NCBI RefSeq assembly: GCF_006345805.1
Contig: NC_043004.1
Span: 37,882,001-37,946,000, forward strand
Reading direction: 5' to 3'
Source of the DNA: Octopus sinensis
Lineage: Eukaryota
DNA length: 64,000 nt
Under the pieces are notes generated by a model that saw nothing but the letters and a program-made list of their open reading frames with translations, did no database searches and was not told the DNA's origin. The position numbers and the translations under genes are program-made. Each line of letters begins with the position of its first letter. The stretch's first letter is position 1. Below, piece by piece: positions 1 through 10,560 of the stretch.

Positions 1-238
1 GAGTGAAAGGTAGATTGTATGACGCATCTGTGCGAACTGCCATGCTTCACGGTATTGAAACATGGGCTGTGACTGCAGAGGATATGCGTAGGCTCAAAAG
101 AAATGAAGCTAGCATGATCCGCTGGATGTGTAATGTCAGTGTCCATGCACTGGTGCAGCCTCCTGGCTTCCCAGACCCTGGTCGAACTGTCCAACCCATG
201 TTAGCATGGAAAACGGACGTTAAATGATGATGTTGATG
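1..238 (+). mobile_element. RTE-clade LINE fragment (post-RT region) joined to RTE-type 3' tail
   Basis: Translation GRLYDASVRTAMLHGIETWAVTAEDMRRLKRNEASMIRWMCNVSV matches the C-terminal part of RTE ORF2 (LYG.ETW...RL...E..M.RW). It is followed by the tail aacccatgttagcatggaaaacggacgttaaatgatgatg, which recurs elsewhere in the window. Confidence 0.8.
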
Positions 239-330
239 AAATGAAAAATGTTAAAGCAGTGTGAGGAATGGTATCATCTACAGTGAGATATGGTTGGAAA
301 TAACAGCTTACTCTTCATTAATTGATAGAA

Positions 331-405
331 GGAAGTGTATGAGATATAACTAAAAGGAAGCATATGAGATATAACTAAAAGGAAGTGTATGAGATATAAC
401 TAAAA
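331..405. repeat. 25-bp tandem repeat x3
   Basis: Unit ggaagtgtatgagatataactaaaa at 331, 356 (variant) and 381. Confidence 0.9.
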
Positions 406-526
406 TTCAGGGTATACTAGAGTCGGTAAAATGTGGGTTACATAGAATTTTGTCAGCGTCTGCCTCTTTGGATTCATGTAATAGGATATTTACAATGAAA
501 GAGATAGAAATGGCTGAAAGCCTTAA

Positions 527-747
527 CCCTTTTGTTACCGTATTTCTGTTGAGATGCTCTGTGTTTCTTTTAATTACTTTAGATATAACAAAGAATTTAG
601 TAAAATAACTTAGTTATCATTAAACTAGTGTTAGGAATATAAATTGTGACTAAGGTTTGGTGGTTTATTCTAATGCAAAACTTATGAAAACAAGACATTT
701 GTACTACAGAGCCAGAGCCGGTTTTGGCCGGGTTGGTAACAAAAGGG
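527..747. mobile_element. piggyBac-type non-autonomous MITE
   Basis: Perfect 13-bp TIRs cccttttgttacc / ggtaacaaaaggg with TTAA on both sides (523-526, 748-751). Confidence 0.85.
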
Positions 748-1004
748 TTAAGCTTTGATTTTCATTCTTTTTTAATTGATGTCACGCTGAAGATCACACA
801 AATATTGTGCATGCAAACTTAAAAATTGTCAGTGTACTCCATGTGGCAAGCTAATTCATAACAGATACAGAAAACTATTGCTTACATTGTTTTATCAATC
901 ATTTTTGCACATAAAATATTATGAGTGATGCATTTTTCAAGATGCACAAGTATTAGTGTGGGTTGTCTAAAGCCTTAAATTGTCATTTCAAAAGCCTGCA
1001 CCTC

Positions 1005-1198
1005 ACTGCTGGTGCCATCTAAAAAGAAACTCCATCCACTCAGAGAAGTGGTTGGTGTTAGGAATAGCATTCAACTTTAAAAAAAAAACCTGCCAAAACA
1101 GACACAGTAGCCTGGTGCAGTCTTCTGCCTAGCCTCCTCCTGTCAAACTGTCCGACCCATGACAGCATGGCAAGCGGACGTTAAATGATGAAGATGAC
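1005..1198 (+). mobile_element. Family D repeat (RTE-tail SINE/LINE end), degenerate
   Basis: Ends in tgtcaaactgtccgacccatgacagcatggcaagcggacgttaaatgatgaag, the same tail as 150-238 and 6020-6240. Confidence 0.65.
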
Positions 1199-1281
1199 TG
1201 AGAAGTCCATTGTGGGGAGCCATTTGAGGACTGCTGCCATAAGCAGACATTTTAGCTAGATTCCCATATGCTTTCTCTTAT

Positions 1282-1409
1282 AGGCACAAGGCCTGAAATT
1301 TTCTGAGGAGGGATGAGTCAATTACATTGACGCCAGTGATCAACTATTTTATTGACCTAAAAGGATCGAAGGCAAAGTGGACTTCAGCAGCATTTGAACT
1401 CCGAACATA
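1282..1409 (-). mobile_element. Family B SINE, degenerate fragment
   Basis: Reverse complement of the family B body (gttcaaat...ctttgccttc...) and the aatttcaggccttgtgcct tail. Confidence 0.6.
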
Positions 1410-1634
1410 AGGATGTTTCTTTGCTCGGATAAGTTGTATGATTTATTGTTCAGTACAGAAAAATACTGTATTGCACATCTGTGTAAGTTCTAAGGTTGAA
1501 AGAGAAAATGTAAAAATAGTGACTATAGCCAACACAGAAGTCTTGTTAGATGTGGCAGCGAAATTGTCTTCAGCTTACACTCTTTATTCACCATATAAAT
1601 TTAGTCTCTTTCTCTCTCTCTTTGTGTGTGTAAA

Positions 1635-2046
1635 AGTGGCTGTGTGGTAAGTAGCTTGCTTACGAGCCACATGGTTCCGGGTTCAGTCCCACTATGTGGC
1701 ACCTTGGGCAAGTGCCTTCTACTATAGAATTGGGCCAACCAAAGCCCTTGTGAGTGGATTTGGTAGACGGAAACTGAAAGAAGCACGTCGTATATATGTA
1801 TATATATGTATATATATGTATGTGTGTGTTTGTGTGTCTGTGTTTGCCCCCCAACATCGCCTGCCAACATCGCCTGACAACCGATGCTGGTGAGTTTACG
1901 TCCCCGTTACTTAGCGGTTCGGCAAAAGAGACCGATAGAATAAGTACTAGGTTTACAAAGAATAAGTCCTGGGGTTGATTTGCTCGACTAAAGGCGGTGC
2001 TCCAGCATGGCCGCAGTCAAATGACAGAAACAAGTAAAAGAGTAAG
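1635..2046 (+). mobile_element. Family A tRNA-derived SINE with internal microsatellite
   Basis: A-box-like tggctgtgtggtaag and B-box-like ggttcagtcc, then ccttgggcaagt (CORE-like), an internal (TA)/(TG) tract and the tail ggcggtgctccagcatggccgcagtcaaatgacagaaacaagtaaaaga. More than 10 copies in the window. Confidence 0.9.
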
Positions 2047-2405
2047 AGAGAGATGAAAAAGAAAGGTCATTTCTGAAACACAAATCAACATTAAGGTAAA
2101 AAAAAAAGATACTCTATCAAGGGAGGTAATTCACCAACAAGTCAGGATTTGTTTACCTGGTTTTGAAGACCTGAAAATTATAGTAGTAATATTATAACTA
2201 GTGAATTCACTGTGAGCGTGTAATATGTTGCTTTAGTCTATTTTCATTTGCTCATCAAACCCGCTTTAACGTATTCTATAGTTTAGCAACATCAGACTCT
2301 AGATACTGTTTTTAAGCGAAATATAAGTCGCTCTAGCTTTAAAGGGACACAACTCGGTGTTAAATACTCGGATAGTATTGTTCAACCCAGCTATTCTTTT
2401 CCACT

Positions 2406-2765
2406 TTAGGCACAAGGCCCGAAATTTTGGGGGAGGGGGCCAGTCGATTAGATCGACTCCAGTACGCAACTGGTTCTTAATTTATCGACCCCGAAAGGAT
2501 GAAAGGCAAAGTCAAGTTCTGCGGAATTTGAACTTAGAATGTAAAGACAGACGAAATGCCTATTTCTTTACTACCCGCAAGGGGCTAAACACAGAGAGGA
2601 CAAACAAGGACAGACGAACGGATTAAGTCGATTATATCGACCCCAGTGCGTAACTGGTACTTAATTTATCGATCCCCGAAAGGATGGAAGGCAAAGTCGA
2701 CCACGGCGGAATTTGAACTCAGAGCGTAACGGCAGACGAAATACCGCTAAGCATTTCGCCTGGCG
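2406..2765 (-). mobile_element. Family B SINE dimer (head+body+tail1, then headless body+tail2)
   Basis: Two bodies joined at the junction aaagaaata|ggcatttcgtc on the minus strand near 2560. Confidence 0.85.
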
Positions 2766-2839
2766 GAAAGACTTCCACCCGTTCTCCAGAAGGCTGACAT
2801 TCTGGGAAGTTAAGGCCTGACATAATAATGACAAGTGCC

Positions 2840-3045
2840 TTCATCGTCGTCGTCATCATTATCATCATCATCATCATCTTCACCATCATCATCATCATCA
2901 TCATCATTTATTGTCTGGCAAAGTGTTCCATGCTGGCATGGGTTGGATGGTTTGACAGGATCCGGCTAGTTTGAGGGCTTTGATGATCTCTAATGTTTGC
3001 TTTGCTGCAGATGGATGCCGTTTCTTAACGCCAGCCACTCTACAG
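2840..3045 (-). mobile_element. (ATC)n microsatellite plus family D tail
   Basis: (ATC)n at ~2845-2907 abuts ccatgctggcatgggttggatggtttgacagg, the reverse complement of the family D tail. Confidence 0.7.
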
Positions 3046-3179
3046 AAGGTAGTGAGGTGATGAAAGGAAAAGAGACAAAATGGGCAGGAATTATTTGCGT
3101 GGAGATGGTATGAGTCCACTTACTTCCAACAAGCTGAGCATATTTTTGTAAAGGTAGAAAAGATGAAGAAAAGCGACTG

Positions 3180-3520
3180 CTTATCTGTGAGTCAGATGTT
3201 GGCTGTGTCTGTGAATAACTGTGCTGATCGTTTGTATGACCCTTTTCTTGATGCAAACTGGGATGTCTTCTGTGTAGCAGCAGCAGTAGCAGCATTGTCC
3301 CAAATGTGAGGGCAGTACTCTACTTCATCTGAGTTTTGTAAATTATCAATAATTACTGGTGATGAGTGAAATATTTTCTGGCCCAAAAGAGCAAGGCTAG
3401 TTTTGGGATATGATGTTAGCTGTGTGAAGACATACTTTTGCCAGGGATAGATCCTAAGTAATAGTGGGGCCCAACAATTGTAACTTTTATGCTCCTTGCT
3501 GTTGAAAGCGAACAAGATTG
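3180..3520 (-). mobile_element. Degraded LINE ORF2 fragment (CR1/L2/Jockey group, post-RT region)
   Basis: Minus-strand translation KYVFTQL...EVEYCPHIWDNAA resembles the conserved (L/M)EYC.HIW motif downstream of RT. Confidence 0.6.
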
Positions 3521-3727
3521 AAAATATTTTTATGCTTTTGAGTTCACCTGTCCAAGGTGCTATGCTGTGGGACTGAACCAGAAATCATGTGGTTAGGAAG
3601 CAGACTAAGCCAAACAGCCACAAACTCATAAAATCACTATCTCTGTTTACTTTTTGTATTGTTTGGTAACTTAGATTAAAGAATTCTTTGTGTTCTTGTA
3701 TGTATATGTTACTTTTCTTCTTTCCAG

Positions 3728-3983
3728 GTATTTCTTGATTAATTTTGACAGTCCAACAGACAAAATTGTTGACTTAAGTGAGTATCTACAACGTGATGTT
3801 GATATCGTGAGGCCAGGAATAATTCTCAAAAAAGAGGAACATTTACGCCCTTGTGAATATGGCCCATGTGTGTTTGGAGAACTGCCCAATCCTGATCATG
3901 AAAAGCGAGTTTGGCGAACAAGAGTTTTGAAACGTTTGAAGATATCTCGAAAGAGGAATGACCCACCTGCAGCATTAAACTGA
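3728..3983 (+). CDS. MRPS6: Terminal coding exon of mitochondrial ribosomal protein S6 (bS6m); upstream exons not found in the window
   Basis: Acceptor tttcttctttccAG at 3726-3727, phase 2, reading YFLINFDSPTDKIVDLSEYLQRDVDIVRPGIILKKEEHLRPCEYG...AALN*. This aligns by eye with the human MRPS6 last exon ([45 protein letters not shown]). Stop TGA at 3981-3983. Confidence 0.85.
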
Positions 3984-4233
3984 AATTAAGAAACTGCTTT
4001 TTTTTTCTTTTTTGTATTGTGGATTCTATGAGTCCTTCATGCTGTTTTGTAAATAGTGCTGCAAGATACCTGATTCTATACAACTATACATAGCTTTGAA
4101 GGAATTCTTATTTATTAGAGATGAGTATCTGTACATATTTGGATACATCTCTGTACATTTTTGTGTACCAGAGATAACTAAATGAACTGGTTTCAAGACA
4201 TTTACCTTCACCAACCAGTTTTAACAGAAAAGA

Positions 4234-4239
4234 AATAAA
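4234..4239 (+). promoter_or_regulatory. Probable polyadenylation signal of MRPS6
   Basis: AATAAA ~250 nt after the stop, followed by a GT/T-rich tract (ttgttggttttt). Confidence 0.55.
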
Positions 4240-4329
4240 ATTGTTGGTTTTTTATTAATGATTATTTGCATTTATTTATTATGTAACTGTTTTGCATTTG
4301 GCATTTTATGTAAATTTTTTTATCCTTAA

Positions 4330-4551
4330 CCCTTTAAATATTTTAAACCAGCCATATCTGGCCCAAATATTCTACCTGTTTTACATTTAAACTAGGCAGA
4401 TCTGGTATTTCACACATACCCTATAATGTCATTCTTAAAATAAGCAATCACATCATTGAAATCTTGAAGCTGTGAAATAATGCATGATTAACTTCAAATA
4501 ATGTGAATAAATAAGCGTCGCATTTGACAGAATAATCTGAATGCTAATGAG
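4330..4551. mobile_element. Degenerate piggyBac-type MITE
   Basis: TTAA-cccttta ... taatgag-TTAA; similar length to the 527-747 element; TIRs decayed. Confidence 0.55.
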
Positions 4552-4704
4552 TTAAAGACCTTTTAATGAGCCAACAAATAAGATTATGTACTTGCTCCCT
4601 GTTAGAAATAGTAGCTGAATCTTTCTCATATTAGACTGTATGGACATTGTAAAATGGAAGGACACATTACATAGTGCAGTGCTTGATACTTATACTCATC
4701 ACTC

Positions 4705-4905
4705 ATCATCATTGTTTTAATGTCCTCTTTTCATGCTTGCATGGCCTGATGAAATTCATTGGAGCAAATTTTTTATGGTCAGATGCCCTTTCTGTTGCCA
4801 AATCTTGCTTGTTTTTTAAGTAAGGTAAATTTTCCCCTTGGCCAGACGTTTTAACAGAAGAGTGAAAATGAACGACACCACTTGCATTAGGGTGTAACAC
4901 TCACA
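4705..4905 (-). mobile_element. Family D-related repeat, degenerate
   Basis: catcattgttttaatgtcc...catgcttgcatgg is the reverse complement of a ...gcatggaaaa.ggac.ttaaa.gatgatg tail. Confidence 0.55.
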
Positions 4906-4948
4906 ACCATCACTTGATATCAAAATAAGGAGTCAGTAACACACACAT

Positions 4949-4987
<39 letters not shown>

Positions 4988-4998
4988 CACACATACAT

Positions 4999-5031
<33 letters not shown>

Positions 5032-5059
5032 ATGGATTCTCTCCTCATGAACAACTAAC

Positions 5060-5510
5060 GAGGCTTCAGTAAAATGAAGTGGTAGTCACGTTCAATGGAC
5101 ACTTTTCTTTTGAGGCTTGCTGGTGCCTTGCAAACCTTTTGGCAAAGGGAACAAATTGAGGACTCAGTTTGCTTGAGTGATTGTGGTTCATTTACTATGT
5201 ATTTTCTTGAGTGGACTGCAAAGCCTGCTTTGCTCTGTGCCACAAAACCACAATGACAGGTAAGGTTTTTATTTAGAGGAGCAGTGTTTTGCCAGTGTGC
5301 CTTCATGTTTGCATGAAGTTGGTCCCTATGTTGGAGCTGGCTTTGCTCAAATCATTGCACTGAGAAGAAGCAGGGCTGGTGCCAGGTCCTGTATTCTGAT
5401 GCTTTGTATTCCCAGGAAGAAAAGGGAATGTTGCATTGCTTCAGATTGTCTTTTTTTTTTGTCTTATTGGGAATTGTCCAAAGAGAAGTTACTTTGGAAT
5501 TCAGATTTCT
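5060..5510 (-). mobile_element. RTE LINE ORF2 C-terminus with two C2H2-like fingers
   Basis: KDNLKQCNIPFSSWEYKASEYRTWHQ (RTE WE..A.DR..W region), then CHCGFVAQSKAGFAVH and CSLCQKVCKAPASLKR; interrupted by stops and frameshifts. Confidence 0.75.
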
Positions 5511-5564
5511 CTCATGCGTGAGAGATGACCTGACCATCATATATATATAATGAAACGGGAGAAG

Positions 5565-5985
5565 TCTTATCATATGGTAGTGAAACATGGCCTACAACAA
5601 AGAGAAGAACAAAGATTGGTAATGGCTCAAAGGAGGTCAATGCTTGGAATCTCGTTGAGAGAGCACATCAGTAGTGAGGTCATCAGAGAGAATTCTGGTG
5701 TGAGGGATGTTATCGTAGAATATACACGCAGTAAGTTTTGATGGGCTGGACACGTCGCCCGACTCACTGATAATTGGTGGACCTGCGCAGTCGTTGAGTG
5801 GTACTTATGCGAGCGGAAACGACCACTCAGAAGGCCTCCACAACAGTGGAGTTACGATTTCAGGAGAGCGATTGGGATCACGTAGATGAGGAAGGCGCGA
5901 ACCAGAGAGGAGTGGACAGTGTGCTGTGACCAGCGGTGTCAAATGGACGCCCGATGGACTGGTCGGTCAAGGTGATCAAGGTGAT
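5565..5985 (+). mobile_element. RTE LINE 3' fragment
   Basis: EEQRLVMAQRRSMLGISLREHISSEVIRENSGVRDVI...*WAGHVARLTDNWW...RKRPLRRPPQQW matches the RTE WAGHV.R and R..GRP..RW motifs; ends in a (caaggtgat)2 tail. Confidence 0.85.
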
Positions 5986-6019
5986 ATATATGTATGTATA
6001 GTGAAGGTGTTACATAAAA

Positions 6020-6240
6020 CGTACTGGTGTTGGTGTCATAAAAAGCACCCAGTACACTCTGTGAAATGGTTGACACTAGGAAGGGCATCCAGCTGTAAAA
6101 GCCATGTCAGAACAGACAATGGAGCTTGGTGTGGCCTCTAGCCTCACTAGTACTTGTCAAACTTTCCAACCCATGCTAGCATGAAAAACGGACATCAAAT
6201 TGTGATGATAATGATGACGATGATGATGAAGATGATGATA
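6020..6240 (+). mobile_element. Family D repeat with (GAT)n tail
   Basis: aggaagggcatccagctgtaaaa...tgtcaaactttccaacccatgctagcatgaaaaacggac followed by a GAT-rich tail. Confidence 0.7.
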
Positions 6241-7426
6241 TATATATATATGTCTGCCTATGGGGAAATATTAGCTTGCTTGGAAACTGGTGAGGGTTGG
6301 CAGCAGTAGGGGCATCTGGTTGTAGAAAATCTGCATGACCCTTAGAAGCATGGAAAAGTGTCTACATTATAAAGAGAAATACTATACTCTCCCCAGACAC
6401 AACAGAGTATGCTTCAACACACGAACTCACATAAAGAATCTCGCAAACCAAATCCAAAAACGAAATAAGAAATACTATAGTAATTTATCAAATTTTACTG
6501 CTTCCTTTAGAATTGGCCTTGTACTTGGTCAGAATGTCTGTAAATCATAAACTGTAGATTTATTATATCATAGTATTCCATAGATTAATTTTGATGGGAG
6601 ATGTATAATCATCTGAACTAGCACTGTATCTGTCTGGTACTTATTTGTACTTATTTTATAAAGCTAAGAGTATGTGAAACAAAAGTTAATTCTAGTAGGG
6701 TATGGATTCAGAACTGTGAAAAATATGTGGAATTGTCCTTTAGATCCTGCATAACTCTATTGCAAATCCCTTCAGTATTAATCTATAATTGGTTTTAGTC
6801 ATTGAACTGGCTGTTCTGGGTGAGCACCATCAGTTTTGTAGTTAATTACAACAATCTTTTTAATATTTTATTTATTAAATTGATCTAGTAAGGGACATAA
6901 GCAAGCTGAACTTAACAAGAAGGGACATAACTCAAGGTTGTACCACACTTCTTAAGTACGCAACAAGTAATAAGTAGGTGTGTGTGTGTGTGAGCGCACA
7001 CACAAATATACAGGAATACCTTAGCTATACAATGAGTTACATTCTCACTGATCAAAATTAGACAAGTTGGCGAAGGAGTCTAGGTAAGGCTTCCCAAGGA
7101 ACAATTAGGGCGGAGGAACCAGCTTAGGTCCACGGCCTAATGTTGGGGCTAAGGTGTGCCTAAAGCAGACGCATGCAGTTGTGGTTAACAGTTTAGAGAG
7201 GAATGAGTGCCACTAAGCTAACTTGCCCATGATACGTTCATGATAAGAAAAAAAAAAAACCTCGACCGGAACCCATACTGTGTTGGTCAATGACCAGATT
7301 AACATTAAAACATGGACAAGACTCAAATTTGTCATCTCACAGAGAGGAGCAGAAGACCAAGTGATGTGATGAAATCTGGTTGCAACGTCATCAATGAAAG
7401 CCCAATGACCCCACGATCAAGGAATA

Positions 7427-7657
7427 GGCGGCGAGCTGGCAGAGACGTTAGCACGCCGGGCGAAGTGCTTCGCGGTATTTCGCCCGTCGCTACGTTCTGA
7501 GTTCAAATTCCGCCGAGGTCGACTCTGCCTTTCATCCTTTCGGGGTCAATAAATTAAGTACCAGTTACGTACTGGGGTCGATGTAATCGACTTAATCCGT
7601 TTGTCTGTCCTTGTTTGGTTCCATCTACGTTTAGGCCCTTGTGGGCAATAAAGAAAC
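7427..7657 (+). mobile_element. Family B SINE monomer
   Basis: Head ggcggcgagctggcaga, B-box-like gagttcaaattcc, body gtcgactctgcctttcatcctttcggggtc, tail1 cccttgtgggcaataaagaaa. Confidence 0.9.
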
Positions 7658-7715
7658 AGATCAAGGAATAGAAAGGAAGGATGGATGGACGGATGGACAG
7701 ACGCACATACATACA

Positions 7716-8014
7716 CGATTCCACTATTGCCATGAAAATATAGGACCAGGCACTGCAACAGCTGGAGAGTCAAGGTCCCACAGTTCTTTAATATCAATCT
7801 GAAAGATTTTGAGAGATCAACATGGGGTAGATGTAGAAGTCTTCAAAACAGAATGGGGTCTCCTACTGTCCAGAGTTCCAGTAGGAAATGCCAATGAGGG
7901 TAACAACATCAATCTCCCTCATTTACCAAATGCGAACTATTAAAAGAGAATTAATAAAGGTGTAGTAATATCAACGGGGCAGTGCCCCAACATGGCCACA
8001 AGTAAAAGAGTAAA
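7716..8014 (+). mobile_element. CR1-group LINE 3' end
   Basis: Frameshifted translation PQFFNINLKD-RDQHGVDVEVFKTEWGLLLSRVP resembles the CR1-type ORF2 C-terminus; ends in ggcagtgccccaacatggccac...aagtaaaagagtaaa. Confidence 0.65.
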
Positions 8015-8086
8015 TGATTTACTTCAACAAAGTATATATAGGCACAGGCAGGGCTATTTGGTAATGAGTTTACTTTCCAACCACAT

Positions 8087-8248
8087 GGCAGTAATTACAG
8101 CTTGAATTCTATGAGGTATGGACTCATACAAAGTTTGAATTGTCCCCAAAGGAATTTTTGTCCAGTCTTCGGCTAAAACAGTCTCCCGTTTTTGTAGTGA
8201 TCATGGTGGAGGATATCGACTCCTTACTTGCTTTTCTAAAATGCACCA
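8087..8248 (-). mobile_element. Tc1 transposase 3' fragment (same family as 32619-33808)
   Basis: ggcagtaattacagcttgaattctatgaggtatggactc...aaaacagtctc is nearly identical to 32694-32830. Confidence 0.8.
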
Positions 8249-8389
8249 TACACACACGCGCGCGCACACATACACGTACATACACAAGCACGCACACACA
8301 CACACGCAGACACACGCAGACACACACACACACGCATATATGCAAACCTCACTTTTCAGTCATTAATGAATTATTTTCTCCAGTTCTGT

Positions 8390-8798
8390 GGATCTTTTCG
8401 GTTTGAACGGCAGTTTTTTCTTGCGGTGTCATATGAAATTGTCACCCATAATTATGACCCTAGTATCGATCTATTGCATTTCTATCTGTTTTAGAGTTAG
8501 GGATGGGGTATCTTTTTTTCTTCACAAATGTAAATAAACCCAATCTGTTTCTTAAACGAGGGACATATTCATACGGCACAGAATGTTTTTTTTTACCTCA
8601 ATAGACGTCAGTGATTGGTTGAAATTGCAGAAATTGAAGAAAAAAACAACAACAAATATCTTACAAACAATAGAATTTTCTCAATAAAACCAAGAGAAAA
8701 AGATGTTTTATAAACACATTCTACCAGTATACGAAGTTTAAACATTTTTAGTTACCTAGAAATTATGTTAAAAACTGCCGTTCAAACCGAAAAGATCC
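8390..8798. mobile_element. Family M MITE copy 1 (Merlin/MULE-type by TSD)
   Basis: 28-29-bp perfect TIRs ggatcttttcggtttgaacggcagtttt; 9-bp TSD cagttctgt (8381-8389 and 8799-8807). Confidence 0.85.
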
Positions 8799-9108
8799 CA
8801 GTTCTGTTTTTGCTATTCAATAATTTATTGATTTGAATATCTTTACAATCCTGGTCACTGCTGGTAAATTGAAATTTCTTTTCATCAGTTTTCATTTACA
8901 TATTTATAGTCGCCATTTACGTACTTGCCATCGCCTCGAGTTTTCTATTGGACAAAAAGTTTTTGTACACAACTGGGCGTTTCTAAGAAGTTATTACGTA
9001 TTTGATGCTCTACTTCGACTGAATCAATTGCAGATAGTTTCTTTAGTTTCTTCAAGCTGAGGTCATCATTGAAAAACATTCGTTCAGTGTAGACATCCGT
9101 GTGAGAAG

Positions 9109-9170
9109 ATATAAACCAGTCATAGGCAGCATTGGATTAATATAAACCAGTCATAGGCAGCATTGGATTA
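9109..9170. repeat. 31-bp direct tandem duplication
   Basis: atataaaccagtcataggcagcattggatta x2. Confidence 0.9.
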
Positions 9171-9476
9171 ATCATTAAACAAAATGAGCACGTGGTTAGG
9201 ACACAAAGGGCAGGAAGTAACACAGAAATAGTAAATGGTGTACGGCACAAAAGAAATCACTTTAAAACTTGTTAAAATAATATTCGATTTGATGATGGAA
9301 ATATAATTTCTAAGTGCTCATAATTAGGATCTGATCAATGATTTTGCAATTAAAAAAAGTAGGAGAAAACTTTTCAAATATAATCCAAGTGGAAGCATAC
9401 AAAAATAAATATTATTTTCTATGTTACGGTTAGTTTTATTTTGCGAAAATTTATATTATGGTTTATTAATGTTTGT

Positions 9477-9631
9477 AGTGGCTGTGTGGTAAGTAGCTTG
9501 CTTACCAACCACATGGTTCCGGGTTCATTCCCGCTGTGTGACACCTTGGGCAAGTGTCTTCTACTACAGCCTCGGGCTGACCAAAGCCTTGTGAGTGGAT
9601 TTGGTAGACGGAAACTGAAAGAAGCCCGTCG

Positions 9632-9716
<85 letters not shown>

Positions 9717-10008
9717 GTCTGTCTGTCTGTCTATCTGTCTGTCTGTCTGTCTGTCTGTCTGTATGTCTGTCTGTCTGTATGTATGTGTATATGTTTGTGT
9801 GTCTGTGTTTATCCCCCCAACATCGCTTGACAACCGACGCTGGTGTGTTTACGTCCCCTTAACTTAACGGTTCGGCAAAAGAGACCGATTGAATAAGTAC
9901 TAGGCTTCCAAAGAATAAGTCCTGGGGTCGATTTGCTCGACTAAAAGGCGGTGCTCCAGCATGGCTGCAGTCAAATGACTGAAACAAGTAAAAGAGTAAA
10001 AGAGTAAA
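9477..10008 (+). mobile_element. Family A SINE with internal (TATC)n(TGTC)n
   Basis: Same head and tail as 1635-2046; tetranucleotide tract ~9633-9780. Confidence 0.9.
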
Positions 10009-10560
10009 GAGAGATATGGGAGTACCAAAATCTTTTAAGTGATTAGGGTCTCTATGCGTTTTAATCAAGCCCTGGGCATAGGTAACCTTTAGGGGCTACA
10101 TGAGACATGGCTCATCATCAGATTGGCTACACTGTGAATACATTCAAGGTAAATTTTCATCAGGCGTGCCATTCAGAAAGCGGCAGGTTGCTCATAACTG
10201 ATACAACAACTTACCTTCTGGTTTGTAAAAAGTACCTCAGTTTTACCAAATAGTCCAAGATAACGTTCTTCACTATGACTTTTTATCTCAGGAGGGAGTA
10301 TTGATTATTGCTTTGACAGTCTCACACTCCTCGTATAATCCACCCATATCAATATCTTGAAGGTTACATGTTTAACTGCGTTTCAGAGTTCTCCAAAATT
10401 TATGGCCCTTGTTCAAGCTAAGTTTCGGTGTTCCAGAGAAATCACGTCTATCGCTTAAGTAGTTTATGGCTATTTCATAGACAACGATAAAAATCTGTTT
10501 CTCATTCCTTAGCTACATCAGGTGAAAACTAGCTAAAGCTTGCTACTCACTGCAAAACTA

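Noticed and set aside
3690-3727. ORF-track start of the 97-aa ORF (MFLYVYVTFLLSR)
   Set aside because: This is the intronic polypyrimidine tract before the acceptor; homology begins at YFL.
5055-5306. Possible host C2H2 zinc-finger gene
   Set aside because: It is contiguous with RTE ORF2 C-terminal motifs, lacks TGEKP linkers and is disrupted.
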